NCBI GenBank assembly: GCA_963743975.1
Contig: CAVURS010000003.1
Location: 149,512 to 213,511, forward strand
DNA length: 64,000 bases
Source: an uncultured Actinomycetota bacterium
GTDB lineage: Bacteria; Actinomycetota; Actinomycetes; Actinomycetales; CAVURS01
Direction: 5' to 3'
In this document: positions 45,156-54,277 of the stretch, one piece after another
Position numbering within the stretch: the first letter of the stretch is position 1
How the letters are laid out: each line of letters starts with the position of its first letter
Position numbers and translations under genes: made by a program
Notes under the pieces: model-generated
What the model saw: only the letters and a program-made list of their open reading frames with translations
What the model was told of the DNA's origin: nothing
Databases searched by the model: none

Positions 45156-46772
45156 GTGAGCCCGCGCCGGTCGCTCGAGACCTACCAGCACAAGCGCGAC
45201 TTCGCCCGTACGCCGGAGCCGTCCGGCGAGGCCGAGGCCGTGCCCCCCGGCGCGACCCGGCGGTTCGTCGTGCAGCGGCACCGGGCCCGGCGCCTGCACT
45301 ACGACTTCCGGCTCGAGATCGACGGCGTCCTGGTCAGCTGGGCCGTGCCGAAGGGGCCGACGCTGGACCCGGCGGTGCGCCGGGCCGCGTTCCACGTCGA
45401 GGACCACCCGCTCGACTACATCGACTTCGAGGGCGTGATCCCGTCCGGGGAGTACGGCGGTGGGGACGTCATCGTCTGGGACACCGGGACCTGGGAGCCG
45501 CACGAGGCCGGCGACCCGCCGGACCCGTCCGCGGCGGTGGCGGCCGGGGAGCTGCACGCCGACCTGTACGGCGAGAAGCTGCACGGCCGGTTCGTCCTCG
45601 TCCGGACGCGGGTCGACCCCTCGGGCAAGGAGCAGTGGCTGCTGCTGCACAAGCACGACGAGGCCGCGGTGGCCGGGTGGGACCCCGAGGAGCACCCGCG
45701 GTCGGTGCTCAGCCACCGGACCAACGAGGAGGTGAAGGCGCACCCCGAGCGCCTCTGGCACTCGGACCGCCCGGCCGCTCAGGCCTCCGTGCTCGCCGAT
45801 CCCCGGGCCGTGCCGCCCGTGTCGGACGACGAGCTGGCCGCGCTCGACCGGCTCCCGGGATCGGGCCGGTGGAGCGTCTTCGGCCGGGAGCTGCGGGTCA
45901 CCAACCTCGACAAGGTGCTGTTCCCGGCGCGGGACGGCGGTGAGCCGGTGACCAAGCGCGACTTCCTGCGGTACACCGCGCAGATCGCCCCGACCCTGCT
46001 GCCGTACCTCACCCACCGCGCGCTGAACATGCATCGCTTCCCGAACGGCGTTGGCACGAAAGGGTTCTGGCACAAGGAGCTGCCCGACCACGCGCCGGCG
46101 TGGCTGCCCCGGTGGGACAACCCCGAGGCCGACCCGGGCGAGACGAGGACGTACCTCGTGGTCGACGAGCCGGCGGCCCTGGTCTGGGCGGCGAACTTCG
46201 GAGCGCTGGAGTGGCACGCCTGGACCTCGCTGACCGACCAGCCGCACCAGCCGACGTACGCGCTGGTCGACCTCGACCCCGGCCGCACGACCAGCTGGGA
46301 GGACCTGCTCGTCATGGCCCGGCTCCACCGCACGGCCTTCGAGCACCTCGGCGTCGTCGCCCGGCCCAAGGTGACCGGGCGGCGGGGCATCCAGATCTGG
46401 GTGCCGATCGCCCGCGGGCCGGGCTTCGAGGAGACGCGCGAGTGGGTGGAGCGGCTCTCCCGGACGGTCGGGGCGGTGGTGCCGGAGCTCGTCAGCTGGA
46501 AGTGGCAGGTCGACGACCGCCGCGGCCTGGCCCGGCTCGACTACACCCAGAACGCGATCAACAAGACGCTGGTCGCGCCGTACAGCCCCCGGGCCGCGCC
46601 GGGTGCGCCCGTGTCGGCCCCGATCGAGTGGGCCGAGCTGGACGACCCGGCGCTGCGCCCGGACGGCTTCGACGTCCGCAGCATCGTGCCCCGCCTGCGC
46701 GAGCGCGGGGACCTGTTCGCCGACCTGCTCACCGACGAGGCACGCCAGCAGCGGCTGCCGCCGATCACCTGA
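45156..46772 (+). CDS. LigD-type 3'-phosphoesterase + primase-polymerase protein (no ligase domain)
   Basis: The PE domain shows RFVVQRHRARRLHYDFRLE and FHVEDHPLDYIDFEG. The Pol domain shows TNLDKVLFP, MHRFPNG, ALVDLDPG and TGRRGIQIWVP. GTG at 45156 within ORF 45072..46772. Confidence 0.85.
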   Translation: MSPRRSLETYQHKRDFARTPEPSGEAEAVPPGATRRFVVQRHRARRLHYDFRLEIDGVLVSWAVPKGPTLDPAVRRAAFHVEDHPLDYIDFEGVIPSGEYGGGDVIVWDTGTWEPHEAGDPPDPSAAVAAGELHADLYGEKLHGRFVLVRTRVDPSGKEQWLLLHKHDEAAVAGWDPEEHPRSVLSHRTNEEVKAHPERLWHSDRPAAQASVLADPRAVPPVSDDELAALDRLPGSGRWSVFGRELRVTNLDKVLFPARDGGEPVTKRDFLRYTAQIAPTLLPYLTHRALNMHRFPNGVGTKGFWHKELPDHAPAWLPRWDNPEADPGETRTYLVVDEPAALVWAANFGALEWHAWTSLTDQPHQPTYALVDLDPGRTTSWEDLLVMARLHRTAFEHLGVVARPKVTGRRGIQIWVPIARGPGFEETREWVERLSRTVGAVVPELVSWKWQVDDRRGLARLDYTQNAINKTLVAPYSPRAAPGAPVSAPIEWAELDDPALRPDGFDVRSIVPRLRERGDLFADLLTDEARQQRLPPIT

Positions 46773-46837
46773 CCTGAGGCTGTCGGCCGGGCCGCCTGGA
46801 TGCGGCCGCCCGGCGCCGACGGCCACCCCTGGGACGT

Positions 46838-46892
46838 TCCAAGCGCCCTCCAAGGCCGGCGGCCGATCGGTCCAAGCGCACGGCAAGCGGCC
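46838..46892 (+). promoter_or_regulatory. phased 11-bp repeat array (TCCAAGCGCCC / TCCAAGGCCGG / cggccgatcgg / TCCAAGCGCAC / GGCAAGCGGCC)
   Basis: Read directly from the sequence. Four of five consecutive 11-mers carry CAAG(C/G) in the same register. The array lies 68-122 nt upstream of the FAD-oxidoreductase ATG, and that gene is followed 25 nt later by the SARP gene. Confidence 0.4.
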
Positions 46893-46959
46893 CGGTCCAC
46901 GGTGTGACCACCCACCGAGACCGGGCCGCAGCCCGAGCGCACAGAAGGACGTCACCGTC

Positions 46960-48363
46960 ATGACCACGCTGGACACCACCAGTTCCACCGACCCGCAGGA
47001 CCTCGCCCCCTTCCTCACCGGTGCCGTGCACCTGCCCGGGACCCCGGGCTACGCCGCGCTGGCCACCCCCTGGAACGTCGCCGCCGTCTCGGCTCCGGTC
47101 GCCGTCGTCGCGGCCGCCGACGCCGAGGACGTCGTCACCGCCGTCCGCTACGCCGAGTCGGCCGGCCTGGACATCGCCGTGCAGGCCACCGGCCACGGCG
47201 CCCGCCCGTACTCCCGGCCGACCCTGCTCGTCCACACCGGTGCCCTCACCGAGCTGACCATCGACCCCGACGGGGCCTCGGCCCGCGCCGGCGCCGGCAT
47301 CCGGTGGCAGGACGTCCTGGACGCCGCCGCGCCGCACGGCCTGTCCGGCCTGGCCGGCTCGGCGCCCGACGTGGGCGTCGTCGGCTACCTGACCGGCGGC
47401 GGCCTGTCCCCGATGGGGCGCAGCTTCGGCTGGGCGGCCGACCTGGTCACCGCGTTCGACGTCGTCACCGGCGACGGCGAGCTGCGCCGGGCCACCCCGA
47501 CCCAGAACGCGTCGCTGTACTGGGGACTGCGCGGCGGCAAGGGCGCGCTGGGCATCGTCACCGCGGTGGAGTTCGGCCTGCTCCGGCTGGCCGACATCTA
47601 CGGCGGCGCGCTGTTCTTCGACGGCGCCGACGCCCGGTCGGTCCTGCAGGCCTGGCGCGAGTGGTCGCTCGCGCTGCCCGAGCAGGCGTCGACCTCGGTC
47701 GCGCTGCTCCGCCTGCCCGAGGCGCCGATGGTCCCGCCGCCCCTCGCGGGGAGGCTGACCGTGGCCGTGCGGTTCGCCTGGACCGGCGACCACGCCGAGG
47801 GTGAGCGGGTGCTGGCCCCGATGACCGGTGCCGCACCGGTGATCTTCGGCGGCGTCCGGACGATGTCGTGCACCGCGCTCGGCATGATCCACGCGGACCC
47901 GGTCGACCCGATGCCGGTGCAGGAGCGCTCGGAGCTGCTGCGCGAGCTGACCGCCGAGGCGGTCGACACGCTGGTCGGCCAGGCCGGGCCGGACAGCCCG
48001 TCGCCCCAGATCGTCGTCGAGGTGCGGCTGCTCGGCGGTGCCCTGGCGGCTCAGCCGGAGTGGCCGAGCGCGGTGTGCCATCGCGACGCGGCGTACACGC
48101 TGCTCGCGGTCGGGATCGACGTGCCACCGGTCCGTGCGGCCACCGCGGAGCACGCCGCCGGTCTGATGGCCTCGATGGCTCCCTGGGTGCACGGCGGGCT
48201 GCAGGTGAACTTCGCCGGCTCGGACGACCCGGCGGTCATCGCCCGGGCGTACGACGCCGGCACCCTGCGGCGGCTGGGCGAGCTGGCCGAGACGTACGAC
48301 CCGCACCACCGGTTGACGGCGGGCCACGCGGTCCGCGCCGCTGCCGGCGCGAGTTCTCGGTAG
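46960..48363 (+). CDS. FAD-binding (PCMH/BBE-like) oxidoreductase
   Basis: ATG at 46960 within ORF 46603..48363. The segments VAVVAAADAEDVVTAVRYA...IAVQATGHG...GYLTGGGLSPMGRSFGWAADL...LYWGLRGG fit the FAD_binding_4 pattern. Confidence 0.85.
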   Translation: MTTLDTTSSTDPQDLAPFLTGAVHLPGTPGYAALATPWNVAAVSAPVAVVAAADAEDVVTAVRYAESAGLDIAVQATGHGARPYSRPTLLVHTGALTELTIDPDGASARAGAGIRWQDVLDAAAPHGLSGLAGSAPDVGVVGYLTGGGLSPMGRSFGWAADLVTAFDVVTGDGELRRATPTQNASLYWGLRGGKGALGIVTAVEFGLLRLADIYGGALFFDGADARSVLQAWREWSLALPEQASTSVALLRLPEAPMVPPPLAGRLTVAVRFAWTGDHAEGERVLAPMTGAAPVIFGGVRTMSCTALGMIHADPVDPMPVQERSELLRELTAEAVDTLVGQAGPDSPSPQIVVEVRLLGGALAAQPEWPSAVCHRDAAYTLLAVGIDVPPVRAATAEHAAGLMASMAPWVHGGLQVNFAGSDDPAVIARAYDAGTLRRLGELAETYDPHHRLTAGHAVRAAAGASSR

Positions 48364-48388
48364 CCGCGAGGCGCAGCGGGCGGCCATC

Positions 48389-51300
48389 ATGGCGCCCGTG
48401 ACGACCTACCGGCTGCTCGGCTCGGTCGAGGTCGAGCGGGACGGCCGGCTGGTCGAGCTCGGCGGTCCGAAGCAGCGGGCGGTGCTCGCGGTGCTGCTGC
48501 TCGACGCGGGCCGGGTGGTCTCGACCGACCGCCTGGTCGACGCGGTCTGGGGCGACGACCAGCCGCCGAGCGTCACGGCCAGCCTGCAGGCGCAGATCTC
48601 CAACCTGCGCCGGCTGCTGCGGGACGGCACCCGGGCGACGTCGCCGATCGTGCGCCGGACGCCCGGGTACCTGATCGAGGTCGCGGACGGCGACCTGGAC
48701 GTCGCGCAGTTCCGGGCGGCGTGCGAGCGGGCCCAGTCGGCGGTGGACTCCGCCGACTGGGCCCGCGCCGTCTCCGCGGCCGAGCAGGCGCTGGACCTGT
48801 GGCGCGGACCGCTGCTCGCGGAGTACGCCGACGAGGAGTGGGTGCGGGTGCCGGCCGCCCTGCTGGAGGACCTGCGCGCGTCCGCCGGGCAGAACCTCAC
48901 GGTGGGCCTGCTCGGCACCGGCCGGGTCGGAGCGGGCGTCGCGCGGGCCCAGCAGCTGGCCGCCGACCAGCCGCTCTCGGAGCGAGCCGCCTGGCTGCAG
49001 ATGCTGGCCCTGCACCGGTCCGGCCGGTCGGCCGACGCCCTGGACGCCTACCGCGAGCACGCCCGGCTGGTCGACCGCGAGCTCGGCCTCGAGCCCGGCC
49101 CCGCGCTGCGCGAGCTGCAGGGCGCGATCCTGCGCCAGGAGCCGCAGCTGGACAGCTGGCCGCTCGCCGCGGGCGACGCCGCCGTGGGGGTCGGGAACGC
49201 CCTGTCCGCAGCCGCTGCCCCGCCGGTGACCGAGGTGACGCCGGACCTGGTCGGGCGGGCCCACGAGCTGGGCGTCCTCGACGCGCTCCTGGAGCAGGCC
49301 CGGGCCGGGTCGACGCGCTGGCTCGTCCTGAGCGGGGCGGCCGGCATCGGCAAGAGCCGCCTGGCCGAGGAGGCGGTGGCGCGCTGGCGGGCGGCCGGTG
49401 GGCGGGCCCTGGCGGCCGGCTGCCCGGACGACGAGGGGGTCCCGTCGTGGTGGCCGGTCCGCCGCCTGCTGCGCGAGCTCGGCGCCGACCCCGACCACGT
49501 CCTGACGCCGCCGCCCGGCGTCGACGCCGACAACGCGCGCTACACGACGTACGAGCGGGTGCTCGCGGTGCTGGCCGACGCCGTGCACGAGCAGCCGCTG
49601 CTCCTGCTGATCGAGGACGTGCACTGGGCGGACCCGACGACCCTGCGGTTCCTGACCCATCTCTCCGAGTCGCCGGCCTGGCCGGGCCTGGTCGTCGTCC
49701 TGACCGCCCGCGAGACACCCTCCCGGCCCGACGTCCTGCGGCTGCTCGCGTCGGCGGCGCGCCGGCGCGGGGCCCGGCAGCTGGCCGTGCCGCCCCTGCA
49801 GGCCGCCGAGGTCGCCCAGCTGGCGACCCGGGTCAGCGGGCAGCAGCTCGACCCGGAGGAGGCGGCCGAGCTCGCGGCCCGGACCGGCGGCAACCCGTTC
49901 TTCGTCTCCGAGTACGCCCGGCTGCCCGCCGAGGAGCGCCGCGCGGGGGACGTGCCGGTGGCCGTGCGGTCGGTCCTCAGCAGGCGCCTCGCCGCTGTGG
50001 ATCCCGCTGTGCTGCAGGTGCTTCGGGCCGCCGCGGCGATCGGGGACCAGCTCGACATCGAGCTGCTGGGCGCGGTCACCCGGCTGCACGGTGACGAGCT
50101 GGCCGACCTGCTGGACGATGCCGCCGACGAGCACCTGATCGTGACCTCGCCCAACAACGGCGGCTACGCGTTCGCGCATGCCCTGCTGCGCGAGGAGGTG
50201 CTGGCCGGCATGTCGGACGTGCGGCTGCGCCGGATGCACCTGCGCATCGCCGAGTCGATCGACAGCGGGCGCGGCAGCGACCAGCTGGTCAGCCGGGCGG
50301 CCCACCTGCTCGCGGCGCTGCCCCTGGCCGACGCCCGGGAGGCGTTCGAGGCGGCGCGGTCGGCGGCGCTCGACGCCGAGCAGCGCTGGGAGTCCGAGGC
50401 GGCCGCCCAGTGGTGGGGCAACGCGCTGACCACGTTCGACCAGCTCGGCTCCGCGCCCGACGTCGACCGGGACGAGCTCGTCATCGCGCAGGTCGCCGCG
50501 CTCGCCCGCGCCGGCCGCGGGCAGACGGTGCTGGACGTCATCGACGCGGGCATCGTCGACGCCGTCCGGCGGGACCGGATGGAGTCGGCCGGCCGCCTGG
50601 CCGCGACGCTGCTGCGGATCACCGGCGCCTGGCCCTGGGCGGTGTACGGCCAGGACCACGTGCCGCTGTTCACCCGGCTGTCCGGCCTGGAACCGGCGCT
50701 GCGCCAGCACCCGTCGGCGCACGCGCGGGTGCTGGCGGCGCTCGCGGTCGGCAGCTACTACGACCCGGAGGGCAGGGCGCCGGACGAGCTCAGCCGCCGG
50801 GCGCTGGACATCGCCGAGAGCTCCGGCGACGACGAGACGCTGGCCGACGCGCTGCTCGGCCGGGCGATGGCGTTCTCCGGCATCGCCGTCCGGGCCGCGG
50901 AGTCGATCGAGCTGGTGCAACGGCTGCAGGGCCTGCCGCACCGGGCCTCACGGCACGACGAGGTGATCGGTCACGGGCTGCTCTACCTGGCCCGGATGGC
51001 CCGGGGCGAGCCGGGCGCGGCCGAGGACGTGCGGCTGGGTGCGCTGGGAGCGGACGTGCTGCGGCTGCCGGCGAGCCGGGTCCAGTTCCGCTGGGCCGAG
51101 GGCTCGCTCGCGCTCTGGCGCGGTGACCACCTGGACCGCGCGGAGGAGCTGTACGAGCGAGCCCGGCTGATGCACGCGAAGACCGAGCTCTACCGCGCGG
51201 GCGTCGACGACATCGCGCGGATGTGCCTGCGCTGGGAGCAGGGCCGGCTGACCGAGGCGGCCGACCTCGAGGACGCCGACCCGCGGATCCTGCCCTGGGC

Positions 51301-51808
51301 CCGGGCCGTGATCGCGGTGGCTCGCGGCGACGCCGACGCCGACCTGCTGCTGGAGGGGGAGCTGGCCCGGCCGGAGGCGATGACGTGGACGACGCACTGC
51401 CGGCTGACGATGCTCGCGCACGCCGTCGCGGACCTCGGCGCGCAGCGGCACGTCGCGGGCCTGACCCGCCGGCTGGAGCCGGTTGCCGACTGCGTGGCCA
51501 ACATCGGCACGGTGGGCGTCGTCGGGCCGGTCGCGTTGGGGCTGGCCCGGATCCGGTCGCTGGTGGGCGACCTCGACGCGGCCCGGGCCCACCTGCGCAC
51601 CGCGGTCGAGGTGTGCGAGCGCTCGGGTGGCAACGGCTCCCTGCTGCGCTGCCGGCTGGTCGAGGCCGAGCTGGCCGAACGGGCCGGCGAACCGGTCGAT
51701 GTCGCCGCCCTGCGCGAGGTCGCCGAACAGGCCCACCGGCGCGGCATGGTGCGGGTGGCCACCGACGCCGAGGCGCTCGCGAACCGCGGCGAGCAGGACT
51801 CGGCCTAG
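48389..51808 (+). CDS. AfsR/SARP-family transcriptional regulator (wHTH-BTAD + NB-ARC-like ATPase + TPR-like repeats)
   Basis: The N-terminal YRLLGSVEVERDG...GGPKQRAVLAVLLL...LVDAVWGDD is followed by the BTAD segment (LDLWRGPLLAEY...LALHRSGRSADALDAY) and Walker A GAAGIGKSRL. The 1139-aa length is typical of this family. Confidence 0.9.
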   Translation: MAPVTTYRLLGSVEVERDGRLVELGGPKQRAVLAVLLLDAGRVVSTDRLVDAVWGDDQPPSVTASLQAQISNLRRLLRDGTRATSPIVRRTPGYLIEVADGDLDVAQFRAACERAQSAVDSADWARAVSAAEQALDLWRGPLLAEYADEEWVRVPAALLEDLRASAGQNLTVGLLGTGRVGAGVARAQQLAADQPLSERAAWLQMLALHRSGRSADALDAYREHARLVDRELGLEPGPALRELQGAILRQEPQLDSWPLAAGDAAVGVGNALSAAAAPPVTEVTPDLVGRAHELGVLDALLEQARAGSTRWLVLSGAAGIGKSRLAEEAVARWRAAGGRALAAGCPDDEGVPSWWPVRRLLRELGADPDHVLTPPPGVDADNARYTTYERVLAVLADAVHEQPLLLLIEDVHWADPTTLRFLTHLSESPAWPGLVVVLTARETPSRPDVLRLLASAARRRGARQLAVPPLQAAEVAQLATRVSGQQLDPEEAAELAARTGGNPFFVSEYARLPAEERRAGDVPVAVRSVLSRRLAAVDPAVLQVLRAAAAIGDQLDIELLGAVTRLHGDELADLLDDAADEHLIVTSPNNGGYAFAHALLREEVLAGMSDVRLRRMHLRIAESIDSGRGSDQLVSRAAHLLAALPLADAREAFEAARSAALDAEQRWESEAAAQWWGNALTTFDQLGSAPDVDRDELVIAQVAALARAGRGQTVLDVIDAGIVDAVRRDRMESAGRLAATLLRITGAWPWAVYGQDHVPLFTRLSGLEPALRQHPSAHARVLAALAVGSYYDPEGRAPDELSRRALDIAESSGDDETLADALLGRAMAFSGIAVRAAESIELVQRLQGLPHRASRHDEVIGHGLLYLARMARGEPGAAEDVRLGALGADVLRLPASRVQFRWAEGSLALWRGDHLDRAEELYERARLMHAKTELYRAGVDDIARMCLRWEQGRLTEAADLEDADPRILPWARAVIAVARGDADADLLLEGELARPEAMTWTTHCRLTMLAHAVADLGAQRHVAGLTRRLEPVADCVANIGTVGVVGPVALGLARIRSLVGDLDAARAHLRTAVEVCERSGGNGSLLRCRLVEAELAERAGEPVDVAALREVAEQAHRRGMVRVATDAEALANRGEQDSA

Positions 51809-51840
51809 CCCCTCCGTGCCGGGGTCGAACGCCGGGCCGG

Positions 51841-53241
51841 TCAGGGCAGGTCGAGCGCGACGATCGGCGAGGCGGCCTCAGCGTCCCGCCGCGTGAGCGA
51901 GGGCAGGTTCCAGGTGTCCTCGATCAGCCGCAGCGCCGAGGTGTGGTCGAAGACCTCCGAGACGACCTGGCCCTTGCGGGCGTACGGCGAGACGACGACG
52001 GCGGGAACCCGGAAGCCCAGCCGGTCGTACGCCCGGTCGGAGTCCCCGTCGAGCTGCTCCACCTGGTGGAGCAGCGCCGGGCGCAGCCGTGCGGTGATCC
52101 AGCGGACCGGCGCGGGCAGCTCCAGCAGCGAGCGGCCGTCCCGGCCGTCCGGGCGGACGGCCGGCGGCGGGGGCACGTGGTCGTAGTAGCCGCCGTGCTC
52201 GTCGTAGAGCCAGATCAGGACGGTGGAGCCCCAGCACGGGCTGGCCTGAACCTCCTCGATGATGCTCTGGGCGAAGGCCTGGCCGTCGGCGATGTCCTGG
52301 GGGTTCTCCTCCGAGGTGCGGGTGAAGTCGGGGTCGACGACACAGACGTGCGGGAGGGTGCCGCGCCGGGCGTCCCGCCTGAAGTCCTCGATGCTCCTGA
52401 TGTGCGACAGCACGCCGAAGAACCCCAGCGGGTAGAGGTCGGCGGTGAACTGCAGGTTCCCGATGCTGCGCAGCAGCACCGGCGGCAGCACGCGCCCGAT
52501 GGCCCCGCCCAGCCGGCGGAAGAGGGACAGGCCGGGGCGGCCGAGAGCCCGCCGGGCCGTCGCGGCCCTCTGCGAGGCCGAGTGGTAGTTGGCCCAGCTG
52601 ATCCCGTTGCGGGTCAACAGGTCGAAGATCGTCCCGGCGACCGGCCGGTCGACCATGCCGAACGGCAGGTCGTCGATCAGGCCGTCGGCCGTACCGGCGA
52701 TCAGGAAGCGCCGGTTCGGGAACGTCGGGCCGAGGCAGGAGCAGAACCAGTGGTCGGCCAGGGTGAACTGCTGGGCCAGCCGCGCGTAGTACGGGAGGTC
52801 CGCGGCGGTCCAGTAGCGCATCGGCTCGGCGACCTGCTCCGGCGTGGCCCCGTCCAGCGTCTCGGTGACGCTGCGCTGGAAGCCGTCGAGCCGGCCGTCG
52901 TCGTACTGCAGGTGGGTGGCGTGCCAGCTCTGCCGCGGCGACCCGTCGATCTGGTGGGTGGTCCCGTCGCGGTGGAACGGCACGACCTGCCCGTCCGGGA
53001 GGGTGAGGGGCAGCGGCTTCCCGTCGGCGTCGAGGGGCAGCCCCTCGCCGTGGCCGAGCGTGCCGAAGTAGCTGTCGAAGGAGTGGTTCTCCATCATCAG
53101 CAGCACGACGTGCTCGATCTGGGGGATGAGGTGCTCGCCCGGGGGCCGGTCCTCGTCCGGACGCTGCCGGGCGAACATCGCGTCCGACCCGTGGTACGAG
53201 TGGACGACCCGAGCGCGCTCGATCCGTGCGCTGACTCCCAT
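51841..53241 (-). CDS. phosphoesterase-family protein (phospholipase C / acid phosphatase AcpA-like)
   Basis: VVLLMMENHSFDSYFG and later IWLYDEHGGYYDHVPPP are motifs of this family. There is no obvious signal peptide at the annotated start, so the start is uncertain. Confidence 0.8.
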   Translation of the reverse strand: MGVSARIERARVVHSYHGSDAMFARQRPDEDRPPGEHLIPQIEHVVLLMMENHSFDSYFGTLGHGEGLPLDADGKPLPLTLPDGQVVPFHRDGTTHQIDGSPRQSWHATHLQYDDGRLDGFQRSVTETLDGATPEQVAEPMRYWTAADLPYYARLAQQFTLADHWFCSCLGPTFPNRRFLIAGTADGLIDDLPFGMVDRPVAGTIFDLLTRNGISWANYHSASQRAATARRALGRPGLSLFRRLGGAIGRVLPPVLLRSIGNLQFTADLYPLGFFGVLSHIRSIEDFRRDARRGTLPHVCVVDPDFTRTSEENPQDIADGQAFAQSIIEEVQASPCWGSTVLIWLYDEHGGYYDHVPPPPAVRPDGRDGRSLLELPAPVRWITARLRPALLHQVEQLDGDSDRAYDRLGFRVPAVVVSPYARKGQVVSEVFDHTSALRLIEDTWNLPSLTRRDAEAASPIVALDLP

Positions 53242-53284
53242 CCCCTGATGATCGGGGCCGGGCGCTCCTGATACCAGAGGCGGG

Positions 53285-54166
53285 TCAGACCACCTGGAAC
53301 GAGCGCTTGGACAGCCCGAACCGGTACCCCTCGACGGTCGTGGTCACCGGCTGCTCGGGGTCGGTGGCGGCGCCGAGCGTGACGAACAGCGGCGTGTAGT
53401 GCTCGACCGTCGGGTGGGCGTACGGGAGGCCGGGCGCCTGGTGCCGGTAGTCGGCCAGGGCCTCGACGTCGCCCCGGCTCAGGGCATCCGCGGCCCACTG
53501 GTCGAAGTCGGCCGACCACCCCGGTACGACGTTCTGCACGAACGCCTCGCGGGTCAGGAAGGGCAGGCCGTGGGTCATGAACCCCGAGCCCACCACGAGG
53601 ACGCCCTCCTCGCGCAGGCCGCGCAGCCGGCGCCCGATGTCGAGCAGCCGGGCCGGGTCGTGCGTCGGCATGCTGAGCTGCAGCACGGGCACGTCGGCGT
53701 ACGGGTACATCACCTTCAACGGGACCCAGGCGCCGTGGTCCAGACCGCGGGAGGCGTGCTGGTGCACCGGCTCCGCGTCGGGCATCGCGGCGGCGACGCG
53801 GGCCGCGAGCGCGCTCGCGTCGGGCGTCTCGTACGTCATCGAGAAGTAGCGCTGGTCGAAGCCGCCGAAGTCGTAGACGAGCGGGGTGCCGGCGGCCGGC
53901 GCGGACAGCGTCAGGGGGGCGGACTCCCAGTGCGCCGAGACGATCAGTACTGCGGTCGGCTTGGGCAGCTTCTGGGACCAGGCGAACAGCTCCTCGATCC
54001 ACACCGGGTCGTCGAACAGCGGGGGAGCGCCGTGGCTCACGTAGAGCGCGGGCATCGGCCCGTCGTCCGGAGTCCACAGGCGCTGGTTCCGGCCGACCGG
54101 CGCGCGCTCGGTCATGAAGGCGTCGAACGCAGCGCCCGCTCGCTCGGGCTGCAGCACGGTGGCCAT
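53285..54166 (-). CDS. class-III extradiol ring-cleavage dioxygenase (4,5-DOPA dioxygenase / YgiD-like)
   Basis: The ATG at 54166 is preceded by GGAGGA. The segments LYVSHGAPP, IVSAHWES, DHGAWVPL, VGSGFMTHG and EHYTPLF are present. Confidence 0.85.
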   Translation of the reverse strand: MATVLQPERAGAAFDAFMTERAPVGRNQRLWTPDDGPMPALYVSHGAPPLFDDPVWIEELFAWSQKLPKPTAVLIVSAHWESAPLTLSAPAAGTPLVYDFGGFDQRYFSMTYETPDASALAARVAAAMPDAEPVHQHASRGLDHGAWVPLKVMYPYADVPVLQLSMPTHDPARLLDIGRRLRGLREEGVLVVGSGFMTHGLPFLTREAFVQNVVPGWSADFDQWAADALSRGDVEALADYRHQAPGLPYAHPTVEHYTPLFVTLGAATDPEQPVTTTVEGYRFGLSKRSFQVV

Positions 54167-54277
54167 GATGGCGTCCTCCGTAGATGGTTGAAACTTCAAG
54201 TGATCATAGCCCATCCGGCCCGAAAGGGGAAGACGCTGAGCGGCGCCCGGGGGCGAGGTGTGCCCACACTGGACGCC

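Noticed and set aside
48389-51808. The large NB-ARC/STAND-like ATPase as an Avs-type antiphage defence protein.
   Set aside because: The N-terminus is an unmistakable OmpR-type wHTH plus BTAD (SARP) DNA-binding module, with no nuclease, protease or TIR effector domain. The AfsR-type regulator interpretation is sufficient.
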